Below, piece after piece: positions 1 through 8,766 of a DNA stretch of 62,908 bases (positions are counted from its first letter, which is position 1; the number at the start of each line of letters is the position of its first letter). A model generated the notes under the pieces. It was not told the DNA's origin. It made no database searches and worked only from the letters and a program-made list of their open reading frames with translations. The translations under genes and the position numbers were made by a program. The stretch is from Alphaproteobacteria bacterium (lineage in GTDB: Bacteria > Pseudomonadota > Alphaproteobacteria > RF32 > CAG-239), in the NCBI GenBank assembly GCA_045593845.1, contig JAZNXK010000029.1:1-62908 (forward strand), in the 5' to 3' direction.

Positions 1-141
1 GATGATACTTTGACCAGATTAGAGATTGGCGGCCGCTACAACTTTACCGACGAATTATACGGATATGCTTGGGCTAACTACACCTATGGCAAAGAATATA
101 ACGCATTCTCTCTCGGTTCCGGTCTTAACTATTCTTGGTAA
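1..141 (+). CDS. C-terminal fragment of an outer-membrane beta-barrel (autotransporter-like) protein, truncated by the window start
   Basis: Frame 1 reads DDTLTRLEIGGRYNFTDELYGYAWANYTYGKEYNAFSLGSGLNYSW* with alternating amphipathic strands and a terminal aromatic residue (BAM signal); not in the ORF track. Confidence 0.75.
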   Translation, partial: DDTLTRLEIGGRYNFTDELYGYAWANYTYGKEYNAFSLGSGLNYSW

Positions 142-216
142 AAATAATTTGAAAACATAGTAAGGTTGTTCAGAAGAACTTTTCCGTTTTCGTGCTAAAA
201 TCGTTAATATTCCAAA

Positions 217-234
217 TTATCCACGTTATACACA
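217..234 (+). promoter_or_regulatory. Tandem DnaA-box-like motifs upstream of dnaB
   Basis: TTATCCACG (1 mismatch) directly followed by TTATACACA (matches TTWTNCACA). Confidence 0.55.
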
Positions 235-316
235 GCCATGTGTTTTAAATATACTTTGAAAAAATTTTTTTATTTGCTAAAAAGAAAAAAATAAAATTTT
301 GACTGAAAGTAAAAAA

Positions 317-1777
317 ATGGAAAAACCTGATCTATCCGCAATGCCGCAAAACCTAGAAGCTGAACAAGCTCTTTTAGGCGCGATTTTGGCCAATAATAAG
401 GCATTTGAAAATATTTCTGACTACTTGAAAGCTAATCATTTTGCAGACGCAACTCACGCAAAAATATATGAAGTTATATCAAAACTCATTTCACGCGGTC
501 ACGTTGCCGATACTATTACGCTGAAAAATTATTTTGAGCAGGAGGGGACGCTCAATGATGTCGGTGGCTATAAGTACCTTATAAAATTGGTCGAAAGTTC
601 TTCTCCGCTGACAAATCCGGAATTCTATGCCCAATATATATATGAGCAATATTTGCGTCGCGAATTGATTTCTACCGGTTATGATATTGTTAACAAAGCA
701 ATGGTAGAAGACATAGACAACAACGCAGTGCAACAGATTGAAGAAGCCGAAAAAAGGCTTTATGATTTGTCCGACAAAGGTGAAGCCTCAAGAGGTTTTA
801 TAGACTTTTCCGCGGCATTAGATTCCTCTTTAGGGTACATTGACAGAGCATATCAACACGTTGGTAAAATATCGGGAATATCAACAGGTTTGGACGATTT
901 AGATAAAGGAACAGGTGGCTTGAACGATTCGGATCTCATTGTTTTAGCGGGGCGTCCGGCAATGGGAAAAACTGCACTTGCCACAAATATTGCATATAAT
1001 GTTGCAGAGATAATGAGTCGCGATAAGAGCATAGATGAAAAATCACGCGGAGTTGCATTTTTTTCACTGGAAATGTCTGCAGACCAGCTTGCAACCAGAA
1101 TTTTGTCCTCCACCGCGGGAATATCATCACAAAGAATGAGAAATGGCAACATTGATAACGGTGAATATGAAAGAATTACAGAGGTCGTCCGCTCTCTGGA
1201 GAATATGCCCTTATATATTGATGACACCCCCGGTTTGACAATCAATGCCATTCGCAATCGATCCAGAAGACTAAAAAGAACCAAAGGTTTAGGATTAATT
1301 GTTATAGACTATATTCAATTGATAACCGGTAACTCTAAACGTGGTGAAGCCAACAGAGTTCAAGAATTATCAGAAATTTCGCGCGGACTAAAAATTTTAG
1401 CAAAAGAGCTTAATGTGCCGGTTATCGCTCTTTCACAACTTAATCGCGGTGTTGAACAACGAGAAGACAAACGCCCGGTTATGTCCGACTTGCGTGAGTC
1501 GGGGTCTATTGAGCAAGATGCAGATATTGTTTTATTTGTTTATCGCGAAAATTACTATATAGAACGTGAAAAACCAAAAGAAACCGACAAAAACTATACT
1601 CCCGAAAAATACCAAAAATGGGAACAAAAAATGAAGGCAACAAAATATGTGGCAGAGGTAATCGTCGGAAAGCACAGACACGCGCCGACAGGAACGGTAA
1701 CGTTATCATGGAATGGTGAGTTTGCCCAATTCGGCAACTATATACGTGATGAACAACTGCCTGATCAGATAGGATAA
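317..1777 (+). CDS. dnaB: Replicative DNA helicase
   Basis: PQNLEAEQALLG N-terminus, Walker A GRPAMGKT, FSLEMS, VIDYIQL, LSQLNR, DLRESGSIEQDAD; ATG at 317 preferred to TTG at 299. Confidence 0.98.
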   Translation: MEKPDLSAMPQNLEAEQALLGAILANNKAFENISDYLKANHFADATHAKIYEVISKLISRGHVADTITLKNYFEQEGTLNDVGGYKYLIKLVESSSPLTNPEFYAQYIYEQYLRRELISTGYDIVNKAMVEDIDNNAVQQIEEAEKRLYDLSDKGEASRGFIDFSAALDSSLGYIDRAYQHVGKISGISTGLDDLDKGTGGLNDSDLIVLAGRPAMGKTALATNIAYNVAEIMSRDKSIDEKSRGVAFFSLEMSADQLATRILSSTAGISSQRMRNGNIDNGEYERITEVVRSLENMPLYIDDTPGLTINAIRNRSRRLKRTKGLGLIVIDYIQLITGNSKRGEANRVQELSEISRGLKILAKELNVPVIALSQLNRGVEQREDKRPVMSDLRESGSIEQDADIVLFVYRENYYIEREKPKETDKNYTPEKYQKWEQKMKATKYVAEVIVGKHRHAPTGTVTLSWNGEFAQFGNYIRDEQLPDQIG

Positions 1778-1778
1778 A

Positions 1779-2276
1779 ATGGCAGAATATAAAATTGTAA
1801 TTACCAACACATATCGCAAAGACCAATCAAAAGTCGCTCCTGACTTTTGGAAAAAGAAAAAATTGGAAGAAATGAGCCCTCAAGAGTGGGAACTTTTGTG
1901 TGATGGCTGTGGCAAATGTTGTTTGAACAAACTTGACTGGGGCGGTAAAATCAGTTTTACTCGTGTAAAATGCCGATTTTTGGATAGCAAAAGTTGTCTC
2001 TGCCGAATTTATGAAAATAGATTTGCCAAAGTTCCGGATTGCCGTAGTGTTGACATGAAGGCATTAAGCGAAAGGCCACGCTGGTTGCCGAAAACTTGTG
2101 CATATTGGTTGCTTGCAAACGGAGAGGACTTGCCCGATTGGCATCCCTTGGTCAGCGGAGACAAGGATAGTGTGCATAAAGCCGGAAAATCAGTGCGCGA
2201 CAGATTGCTTATATCTGAAACAGAAATAAAAGATGACGAATATGAAGATTACATTGTTGACTGGAAAGACATTTGA
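1779..2276 (+). CDS. YcgN (UPF0260) family cysteine-cluster protein
   Basis: EWELLCDGCGKCCLNKL, CRIYENRF..VPDC, WLPKTCAY, WHPLVSGD. Confidence 0.9.
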   Translation: MAEYKIVITNTYRKDQSKVAPDFWKKKKLEEMSPQEWELLCDGCGKCCLNKLDWGGKISFTRVKCRFLDSKSCLCRIYENRFAKVPDCRSVDMKALSERPRWLPKTCAYWLLANGEDLPDWHPLVSGDKDSVHKAGKSVRDRLLISETEIKDDEYEDYIVDWKDI

Positions 2277-2952
2277 TATTGCCAAGGAAGTCGGATTCTC
2301 GATTGAAGTAGTTCTATCCCCGAGAGCAAAAATGCTGGGGTTGCGAATTGATGCCAAAAAGAGACTTCCTGTTTTGACCATCCCGAAATATTGTTCAAAA
2401 AAACAAGCAATAAATTTTGTTATCAATCAAAAACAATGGATAGATGAACATTTGCAAAAATTGCAAATACGAAAGCCTTTTGAAGAGGGAGAAAAAATTT
2501 GCCTGAACGGTCAGGATTTGGAACTGAAGCATTGCGCAACTCTGCGCGCGGGAGTGCAAATTGAAAACGGATATATGCTTGTTTCCGGAGAAAAGTGCTT
2601 TTTTTCGCGCCGCGTGAGAGATTTTATTAAAGAGCAAGCGCAAAAAATATTATATCAAATGTCTGTCGAAAAGGCGACAAAATTGCAATGCAAAATAAAC
2701 CGCATAATTATAAAAGACACAAAATCCCGTTGGGGGAGCTGTTCATCATTGAATAACATCAATTATAATTGGAGGATAATGTTGGCTCCTCCTCTGGTAA
2801 TAGATTATTTAACAGCGCATGAAGTGGCACACTTAAAATACCAAAACCATTCAGCAGATTTTTGGAAATGCGTAGATGAGCTTGCCGAGAATGCAGGCTA
2901 TGGCAGACAATGGTTGAAAAAAAACGCCGAAAGCCTCAATAAATATATTTAA
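2233..2952 (+). CDS. YgjP/DUF45 (SprT/M48-like) zinc metalloprotein
   Basis: KSRWGSCS, NWRIMLAP, DYLTAHEVAHL (HExxH), NHSADFW. Confidence 0.9.
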   Translation: MTNMKITLLTGKTFDIAKEVGFSIEVVLSPRAKMLGLRIDAKKRLPVLTIPKYCSKKQAINFVINQKQWIDEHLQKLQIRKPFEEGEKICLNGQDLELKHCATLRAGVQIENGYMLVSGEKCFFSRRVRDFIKEQAQKILYQMSVEKATKLQCKINRIIIKDTKSRWGSCSSLNNINYNWRIMLAPPLVIDYLTAHEVAHLKYQNHSADFWKCVDELAENAGYGRQWLKKNAESLNKYI

Positions 2953-3030
2953 TCAGCCTTTTTTGAGTTTTTTTCTCGTGTAATTTCTTAAATTTTTGCT
3001 TATGCCAACTATTAAATAAACATTTTTGAC

Positions 3031-3059
3031 TTGACATATGGTGATAAAAGGCATATATA
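3031..3059 (+). promoter_or_regulatory. Sigma70-type promoter of the tRNA gene
   Basis: TTGACA-17 bp-TATATA ending 14 bp before the tRNA; a -10 element lacking the last T is common in alphaproteobacteria. Confidence 0.6.
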
Positions 3060-3073
3060 CACAACATATTTAT

Positions 3074-3150
<77 letters not shown>

Positions 3151-3155
3151 TTATC

Positions 3156-3186
3156 AAAAGCGGAAGTTTATACTTCCGCTTTTTTT
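3156..3186 (+). terminator. Intrinsic terminator after the tRNA
   Basis: AAAAGCGGAAGT-TTAT-ACTTCCGCTTTTTTT. Confidence 0.85.
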
Positions 3187-3338
3187 GTGTTTTAAATATT
3201 CCTCAAAGTCCGAGAAATAGCGCACTTTGGAAATTTTTCCGATGGGCGTACCATATAATATTTTATATCAAATTTTTGCACCAAATTATCATCAGAATCG
3301 CAAAAAAATATACTTTTTCTGATGACATTATTGCAGTT

Positions 3339-5277
3339 ACCTCAGACCATTAACTGGCAATAAAAAAGTATCAATTTCCACTTTTTGCAGCCTTTGCCTA
3401 TGCGGGGATAATGATACTTTTTATTGAATATTATAAAAAAAACTGTTACGAAATACTGTAGATGTTTGGTAGATAAAGTATTAGATAATGCCACAAGAGA
3501 GTAAAAAATACATAGCTGATGATGAGCGTTTGATGAGAGAATGGGATTGGGAAGCCAATGCTGGCTTAGACCCCAATAAAATTACTTATGGTAGTCATAA
3601 AAAGGTTTGCTGGAGGTGTCCTAAATGTGGTTATAAATGGCAGCAAGCCATAATGGAAAGAACTAGAAAAATTAAACCGGCACATTGCCCATGTTGTACA
3701 AGCAGAGTCGTGGTAAAAGGAATAAATGATTTTGCTACATTTCATCCTGAAGATGCAAAAGAATGGCATCCGACAAAAAATGGTTCTCTTAAACCGTATA
3801 TGATAACAAAAGCCTCTTCTAAACGTATTTGGTGGAAGTGTCATAAATGTGGTCATGAATGGCAAACCACAGCAAGTAGCAAAAGAAGTTGCCCTCATTG
3901 TCTACATAAACCAACAGTAGGAAAAAATGATCTAGCTACCTTATATCCAGAAATAGCAAAAGAATGGCATCCTACGAAAAATGGAAATTTAACACCTAAA
4001 GATGTAAAACGTAGAAGCAATAAAAAGGTTTGGTGGTTATGTCCCAATAATCATGAATATCAAGCAGTAATTTCTGAAAGAACATCCCATAGTAAAACAA
4101 ATTGTCCTATTTGCTATAAACAAAATAGGACATCATTTCCTGAGCAAGCAATTTTCTATTATGTGAAACAATTATATCCAGATGCGATAAATGGTTATCG
4201 TGAAGATTTTTTAAAAAATATGGAGTTGGATATTTATATACCATCAATTAAATTAGCAATTGAATATGATGGTGAGCCGTGGCACGGAAGAGATAAACTC
4301 AAAAGAGAACAACAAAAATATCAAAAATGTCACAAACAGGGTATTAGACTGCTTAGAATCAGAGAAAAAATAGCGGACTTGGGTTCAGATATAGCAGATG
4401 AGCAAATGAAAATAGCTGAAAAAGGAAAAATAAATTTAGAGGAAACAATCAAATTAATTATAAAACGAATTAATTTTTCCTCTATGTCTGTAGATGTTAA
4501 TCTTGCCAGGGATGAAATAAAAATAAGAGAAAATTACCAGACAAAGGTAAAGGATTCTATAGCAAAAATTCATCCTGAACTTATAAAAGAGTGGCATCCT
4601 ACGAAAAATGGATATTTAACACCATATGACTGTAAAGTTGGCTCTACATACAAGGTATGGTGGAAATGTCCAATATGCGGATATGAATGGCAAGCGTCAG
4701 CAGAAAAAAGATGTTCAAGAGGACATGGATGCTTGAACTGCTCTAAACAAGCCCCTCTGGTGGGTATTAACGATTTAGCTACTCTATATCCTGAAGTGGC
4801 AAAAGAGTGGCATCCTACGAAAAATGGAAATATTAAACCAACCGATGTACGCCCTAGAAGCAATAGAAAGTATTGGTGGAAATGCCAAATATGCGGATAT
4901 GAATGGCAAGCATCCGGAAATAATCGCATCGGGCATAAATCAGGATGTCCTGCTTGTGCTGGTCGTGTTCCAAGAATAGGAACTGATGATATTTTTACAG
5001 TACGTCCGGAATTACAAAAAGAATGGGATAATAAGTTAAATAGTGGTATAGATGCAAAATCTTTACCTTTGGGTTCTCATACCAAAGTTTGGTGGAAATG
5101 TTCAATATGCGGACATCAGTGGCAAACAGAAGTAAGACAGAGAGTAAAAGGTTTTGGTAAATGTCCTTGTTGCTCTAAAAAAAGCAATCAACTTGATTTT
5201 GATTTTACATCCGAGATAACAAATTAAAGGAACTTAATCAAAGCCATTTTTTATTAAAATTTTTAATGTTCTGAGGT
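3339..5277. mobile_element. Putative IR-bounded element carrying the zinc-ribbon nuclease gene
   Basis: ACCTCAGACCATTAA (3339-3353) and TTAATGTTCTGAGGT (5263-5277) form a 14/15 inverted repeat around the single gene; adjacent to a tRNA. Confidence 0.4.
3488..5227 (+). CDS. Zinc-ribbon (DUF4379/treble-clef-like) repeat protein with a central PD-(D/E)xK-like (Vsr/DUF559-type) nuclease domain
   Basis: Six ~65-70 aa repeats P-E-x-x-K-E-W-H-P-T-K-N...W-W-K-C-x2-C-G-x-E-W...C-P-x-C, three on each side of SFPEQAI...ELDIYIPSIKLAIEYDGEPWH...GIRLLRIRE. Confidence 0.85.
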   Translation: MPQESKKYIADDERLMREWDWEANAGLDPNKITYGSHKKVCWRCPKCGYKWQQAIMERTRKIKPAHCPCCTSRVVVKGINDFATFHPEDAKEWHPTKNGSLKPYMITKASSKRIWWKCHKCGHEWQTTASSKRSCPHCLHKPTVGKNDLATLYPEIAKEWHPTKNGNLTPKDVKRRSNKKVWWLCPNNHEYQAVISERTSHSKTNCPICYKQNRTSFPEQAIFYYVKQLYPDAINGYREDFLKNMELDIYIPSIKLAIEYDGEPWHGRDKLKREQQKYQKCHKQGIRLLRIREKIADLGSDIADEQMKIAEKGKINLEETIKLIIKRINFSSMSVDVNLARDEIKIRENYQTKVKDSIAKIHPELIKEWHPTKNGYLTPYDCKVGSTYKVWWKCPICGYEWQASAEKRCSRGHGCLNCSKQAPLVGINDLATLYPEVAKEWHPTKNGNIKPTDVRPRSNRKYWWKCQICGYEWQASGNNRIGHKSGCPACAGRVPRIGTDDIFTVRPELQKEWDNKLNSGIDAKSLPLGSHTKVWWKCSICGHQWQTEVRQRVKGFGKCPCCSKKSNQLDFDFTSEITN

Positions 5278-5386
5278 TGACAAAAACATACTTTTTTGGA
5301 AAATTGCAAAAAATATGATTTAATTACAATATGTTACAAACAAAGTATATGGTTCCATATTTTAGAGCTTATGACTAACCATTGAG

Positions 5387-5414
5387 AAAAAAGCACCTGT
5401 TAAGGTGCTTTTTT
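5387..5414. terminator. Bidirectional-type intrinsic terminator
   Basis: AAAAAAGCACCT-GTTA-AGGTGCTTTTTT. Confidence 0.8.
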
Positions 5415-5553
5415 ATTTTGAGGCTCTTGGAAAGGATTTTAGGCGATAGATTTGCTGGGTAACAAATCGCTTAAACCACGTTTTCAAATCATTTTATATA
5501 ATCTCTTGATATTTTCATAATTAAATCCTAAATTGAGAACAAGAGGAAAAATT

Positions 5554-6006
5554 ATGAACGATAATCTGCCGGAATTAAGAGATATACATTTGCCTGAAAC
5601 TGCCACTTTTCTATGGCCGGTAGCTTATGGCTGGTGGCTGATTGCCGGAATTATCATTGGTGCGACAATTTTATATTATGTGCTTTCCTATTACAAACGC
5701 AAAAGCAAGAAGCGCTATGCTCTCAAAATGCTCTCCAAACTTGATGTAAACAATTTCTCTTCTGCCGCAAAAATGTCAGAAATCCTGCGCCGTATCTGCG
5801 TTTATAAATATCCGCAAGCTGCTGCGTTGTTCAATGATAAATGGCTGGAATTCTTGAATTCCCATTCCAATTCCAAGCTTGAGGGTACAACGGCAAAGCT
5901 ATTACTTAATGCCCCCTATATGGCGCCGCAAAAAACAAAAACAAATCTCCAAGAAATGCAAAAATTGCTTGATTTTTGCCGCAAATGGATAGGAGAAAAT
6001 TTATGA
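5554..6006 (+). CDS. DUF4381 family protein (Bat/MoxR operon)
   Basis: LPELRDIHLP...WPVAYGWW, TM helix, ILRRIC, WLEFLN; precedes the VWA genes. Confidence 0.88.
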   Translation: MNDNLPELRDIHLPETATFLWPVAYGWWLIAGIIIGATILYYVLSYYKRKSKKRYALKMLSKLDVNNFSSAAKMSEILRRICVYKYPQAAALFNDKWLEFLNSHSNSKLEGTTAKLLLNAPYMAPQKTKTNLQEMQKLLDFCRKWIGENL

Positions 6007-7010
6007 TAATTTTTCAATTTCCGCTTGCCTTAACTCTATTGATTTTACCGTTTTTTATCTATTTTCTTTTGCCTCCGTTAAAAGGACTGCACGGCGATGC
6101 CTTGCGAGTTCCGTTTTTGAATGATATTGCGCAAATAAATCTTCTTGCCGGCTCGCTTTGGGGGCAAAAAAGTCAAGGAAAATCAAGCAAATTATTATAT
6201 GCAATATTATATACAAGCTGGATTTTTTTATCTCTAGCCGTTGCACGTCCTCAATGGGTGGGAGAACCATTAAGAACAAACAATTACGGACGCGACATCT
6301 TATTGGTAACAGATATTTCCACCTCCATGTTGGAGCCTGATTTTACTTATAATAACCGCAGAATAGACAGGCTTACGGCTGTCAAGCTGGCGGCGGATTC
6401 TTTTATCAAACAAAGAACATCTGACCGTATCGGCTTAATATTATTTGGCACAAGGGCTTATCTGCAATCTCCCATAACGTTTGATAAACAATCCGTTTTA
6501 GATATTTTATGGTCAACAGATGCAGGAATGGCCGGAAACTCTACCGCAATCGGCGATGCCGTAGGGCTTGCGCTCAAAACCCTTTCTTCAAGCCCGACAG
6601 CCGACAAAGATAAAACAATAATTCTCTTAACCGACGGCGAAAATAATGATGGCAGTTTGAGTATGCCCGAAGTATTAAAATTGGCCAAAGATGAAAATAT
6701 CAAAATTTATACAATCGGTGTCAGCGGTGAGAATCAGATTCTTAATTCTTTTTTTGGTGTAAAATTGCCGCAAATTAAAGGATTGGATGAAGAAACCTTA
6801 AAACTTTTGGCAGCAGAAACCAAGGGGAACTACTATCGAGCATCCGATACAAACTCTCTTCAGCAAATATATAAAGAAATCGACAGCTTGGAGCCGAGCC
6901 TTGACAAAGACCAATATATTCAGGAACGAAAAGACTTATTTTATTATCCACTGGCAATTTCTTTGATGATGGTTTTGTTCTTGTTGATGATAAAAAGGAG
7001 AACAATCTGA
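6003..7010 (+). CDS. batA: BatA-like VWA-domain membrane protein
   Basis: ARPQWVG, DISTSM (DxSxS MIDAS), DRIGLILFG, TAIGDAVG, ILLTDGENN, IYTIGV. Confidence 0.88.
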   Translation: MIIFQFPLALTLLILPFFIYFLLPPLKGLHGDALRVPFLNDIAQINLLAGSLWGQKSQGKSSKLLYAILYTSWIFLSLAVARPQWVGEPLRTNNYGRDILLVTDISTSMLEPDFTYNNRRIDRLTAVKLAADSFIKQRTSDRIGLILFGTRAYLQSPITFDKQSVLDILWSTDAGMAGNSTAIGDAVGLALKTLSSSPTADKDKTIILLTDGENNDGSLSMPEVLKLAKDENIKIYTIGVSGENQILNSFFGVKLPQIKGLDEETLKLLAAETKGNYYRASDTNSLQQIYKEIDSLEPSLDKDQYIQERKDLFYYPLAISLMMVLFLLMIKRRTI

Positions 7011-8764
7011 TGTTGACAGATTTTCATTTTTTGCGCCCTTTATGGTTGTTATTGCTGATTATTCCCGTTTTGGGATATTATTTCTTTTTTTCCGGCAATC
7101 GCAATGTTTCTGCCTGGGAAAATGTTTGCGATAAAAAATTGCTCAAGTTCTTGTTGGTAAAAGGCAACTCTAAACAAAGAAGCATACTTGGTTACCTTGC
7201 ACTGGTCGGTATTATTGGCTCAATAATTTCATTATCCGGCCCCAGTTGGCAAAAAAAAGAAGCTCCCGCATTTTCTCCGGTCAATCCGGTAATGATTCTG
7301 CTAAACTTATCATCAGATATGGATAACAACGATTTGCGTCCCAACAGATTGGCCAGAGCAAAGTTTGCTATTGATGATTTGCTAAAAGAAATACAAGCAC
7401 AAGTTGCCATGATAGTTTATACAAATGAGCCTTACGTTATAAGCCCGTCAACCGAAGATAAAAAAATTATCAGTAATCTGTTGCCGTCTGTAAGTCCGGA
7501 TATAATACCCGAAAACGGCGATAAACTCTATCGAGCAATAGATATGGCCGTGTCTCGTATGATAGAGGAGGGGAACACTTTTGGCAATATTATAGTTTTT
7601 GCTCCTGATATCGGGCAAGATTTTAATAAGGCCCTCACATCAGCAGCAAATGCAGTTACTAAAGGATATAACATAGATGTTGTGGCAGTTCGCGCCGATA
7701 AAAATGAAAAATTATCAATGTTGGCTGACAAGGGAAAAGGTATATTTGTTACAATCAACGAAATATCTTTACTGGCAAACAAAATTAATACTAAAATATC
7801 AAGCGATATGAAGCAAAGCAAAAATCTCCAAGAAACTTGGGAAGACTACGGTTATTGGTTTTTAATTATTCCTCTTGTATGTTTTTTGAGCTTTTTCCGC
7901 CGCGGTGCGCTGGTTATTTTGTTTTTGCTCCATAGTTTTTCTGCTCAAGCCGGATTTTTCACTAATGCTAATCAAGATGGAATAAAAGCCTTTACTAAAG
8001 AAGATTATGCAACAGCTGCAAACTATTTCAATCATCCGCAGTGGAAAGCTTCGGCCCTTTATAAACAGGAAAAATATGAAGAATCGCTAAAATATTTTTC
8101 GCAGGGCAATGATGTTGAAAGTTTGTATAATCAGGGAAATGCGTTGGCAAAATCGGGCAATATCGAAGAAGCAATTAAAAAATATGAAGAGGTTTTGAAA
8201 ACCAACCCCCAACACGAAGATGCCAAGTTTAATCTTGAATATTTAAAAAAACAGCAGGAGCAACAGCAACAACAGCAAAGCCAAGGCGATGGAAACGACG
8301 AAAATAATAATGATAGTCAGCAATCAAGCGAAGATGAAGAACAGCAAAATAACGAAAACAGCCAAGGCAACAACTCCGAACAGCAACAAGAGGATAATGA
8401 AAATCAGGAAAACAACAATCAAGACAGCAATTCTCAAAATAACCAAAGTGCTTCAACGGAAAATTCTGATGAGCAACAACAAAATTCTGATGAAAACCAA
8501 AATCTACAACAATCCTCTGGAACCGACCAAAAAGAAACAGACCAATCGAGTATGCAATCAACTCCTTCAGATAGCCAACCCCAAGAAAAAAGTGATAAGG
8601 ATGCAGAAGCGCAAGCTACCAAAAGTGATGACAAACAAGATGAGTTTGATGAACAAACCCAAGCCCGCGAAATGACCTATCGCAACATTCCCGAAGATGC
8701 CGGCGGGTTGCTGCGGGCCTTTATATATAAAGAATACAACAAAAACCGATATGGAGATAATTGA
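7010..8764 (+). CDS. BatB/BatC-like VWA + TPR fusion protein with a Q/N/S-rich tail
   Basis: FHFLRPLWL, GPSW, degenerate MIDAS NLSSDM, PNRLARAKF, TPR YNQGNALAKSG...DAKFNLE, IPEDAGGLLR. Confidence 0.85.
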   Translation: MLTDFHFLRPLWLLLLIIPVLGYYFFFSGNRNVSAWENVCDKKLLKFLLVKGNSKQRSILGYLALVGIIGSIISLSGPSWQKKEAPAFSPVNPVMILLNLSSDMDNNDLRPNRLARAKFAIDDLLKEIQAQVAMIVYTNEPYVISPSTEDKKIISNLLPSVSPDIIPENGDKLYRAIDMAVSRMIEEGNTFGNIIVFAPDIGQDFNKALTSAANAVTKGYNIDVVAVRADKNEKLSMLADKGKGIFVTINEISLLANKINTKISSDMKQSKNLQETWEDYGYWFLIIPLVCFLSFFRRGALVILFLLHSFSAQAGFFTNANQDGIKAFTKEDYATAANYFNHPQWKASALYKQEKYEESLKYFSQGNDVESLYNQGNALAKSGNIEEAIKKYEEVLKTNPQHEDAKFNLEYLKKQQEQQQQQQSQGDGNDENNNDSQQSSEDEEQQNNENSQGNNSEQQQEDNENQENNNQDSNSQNNQSASTENSDEQQQNSDENQNLQQSSGTDQKETDQSSMQSTPSDSQPQEKSDKDAEAQATKSDDKQDEFDEQTQAREMTYRNIPEDAGGLLRAFIYKEYNKNRYGDN

Positions 8765-8766
8765 TT

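Noticed and set aside
8260-8670. Q/N/S/E low-complexity tract and the overlapping 128-aa and antisense ORFs
   Set aside because: Normal disordered tail of BatB/C proteins; the alternative ORFs are by-products of stop-poor repetitive sequence
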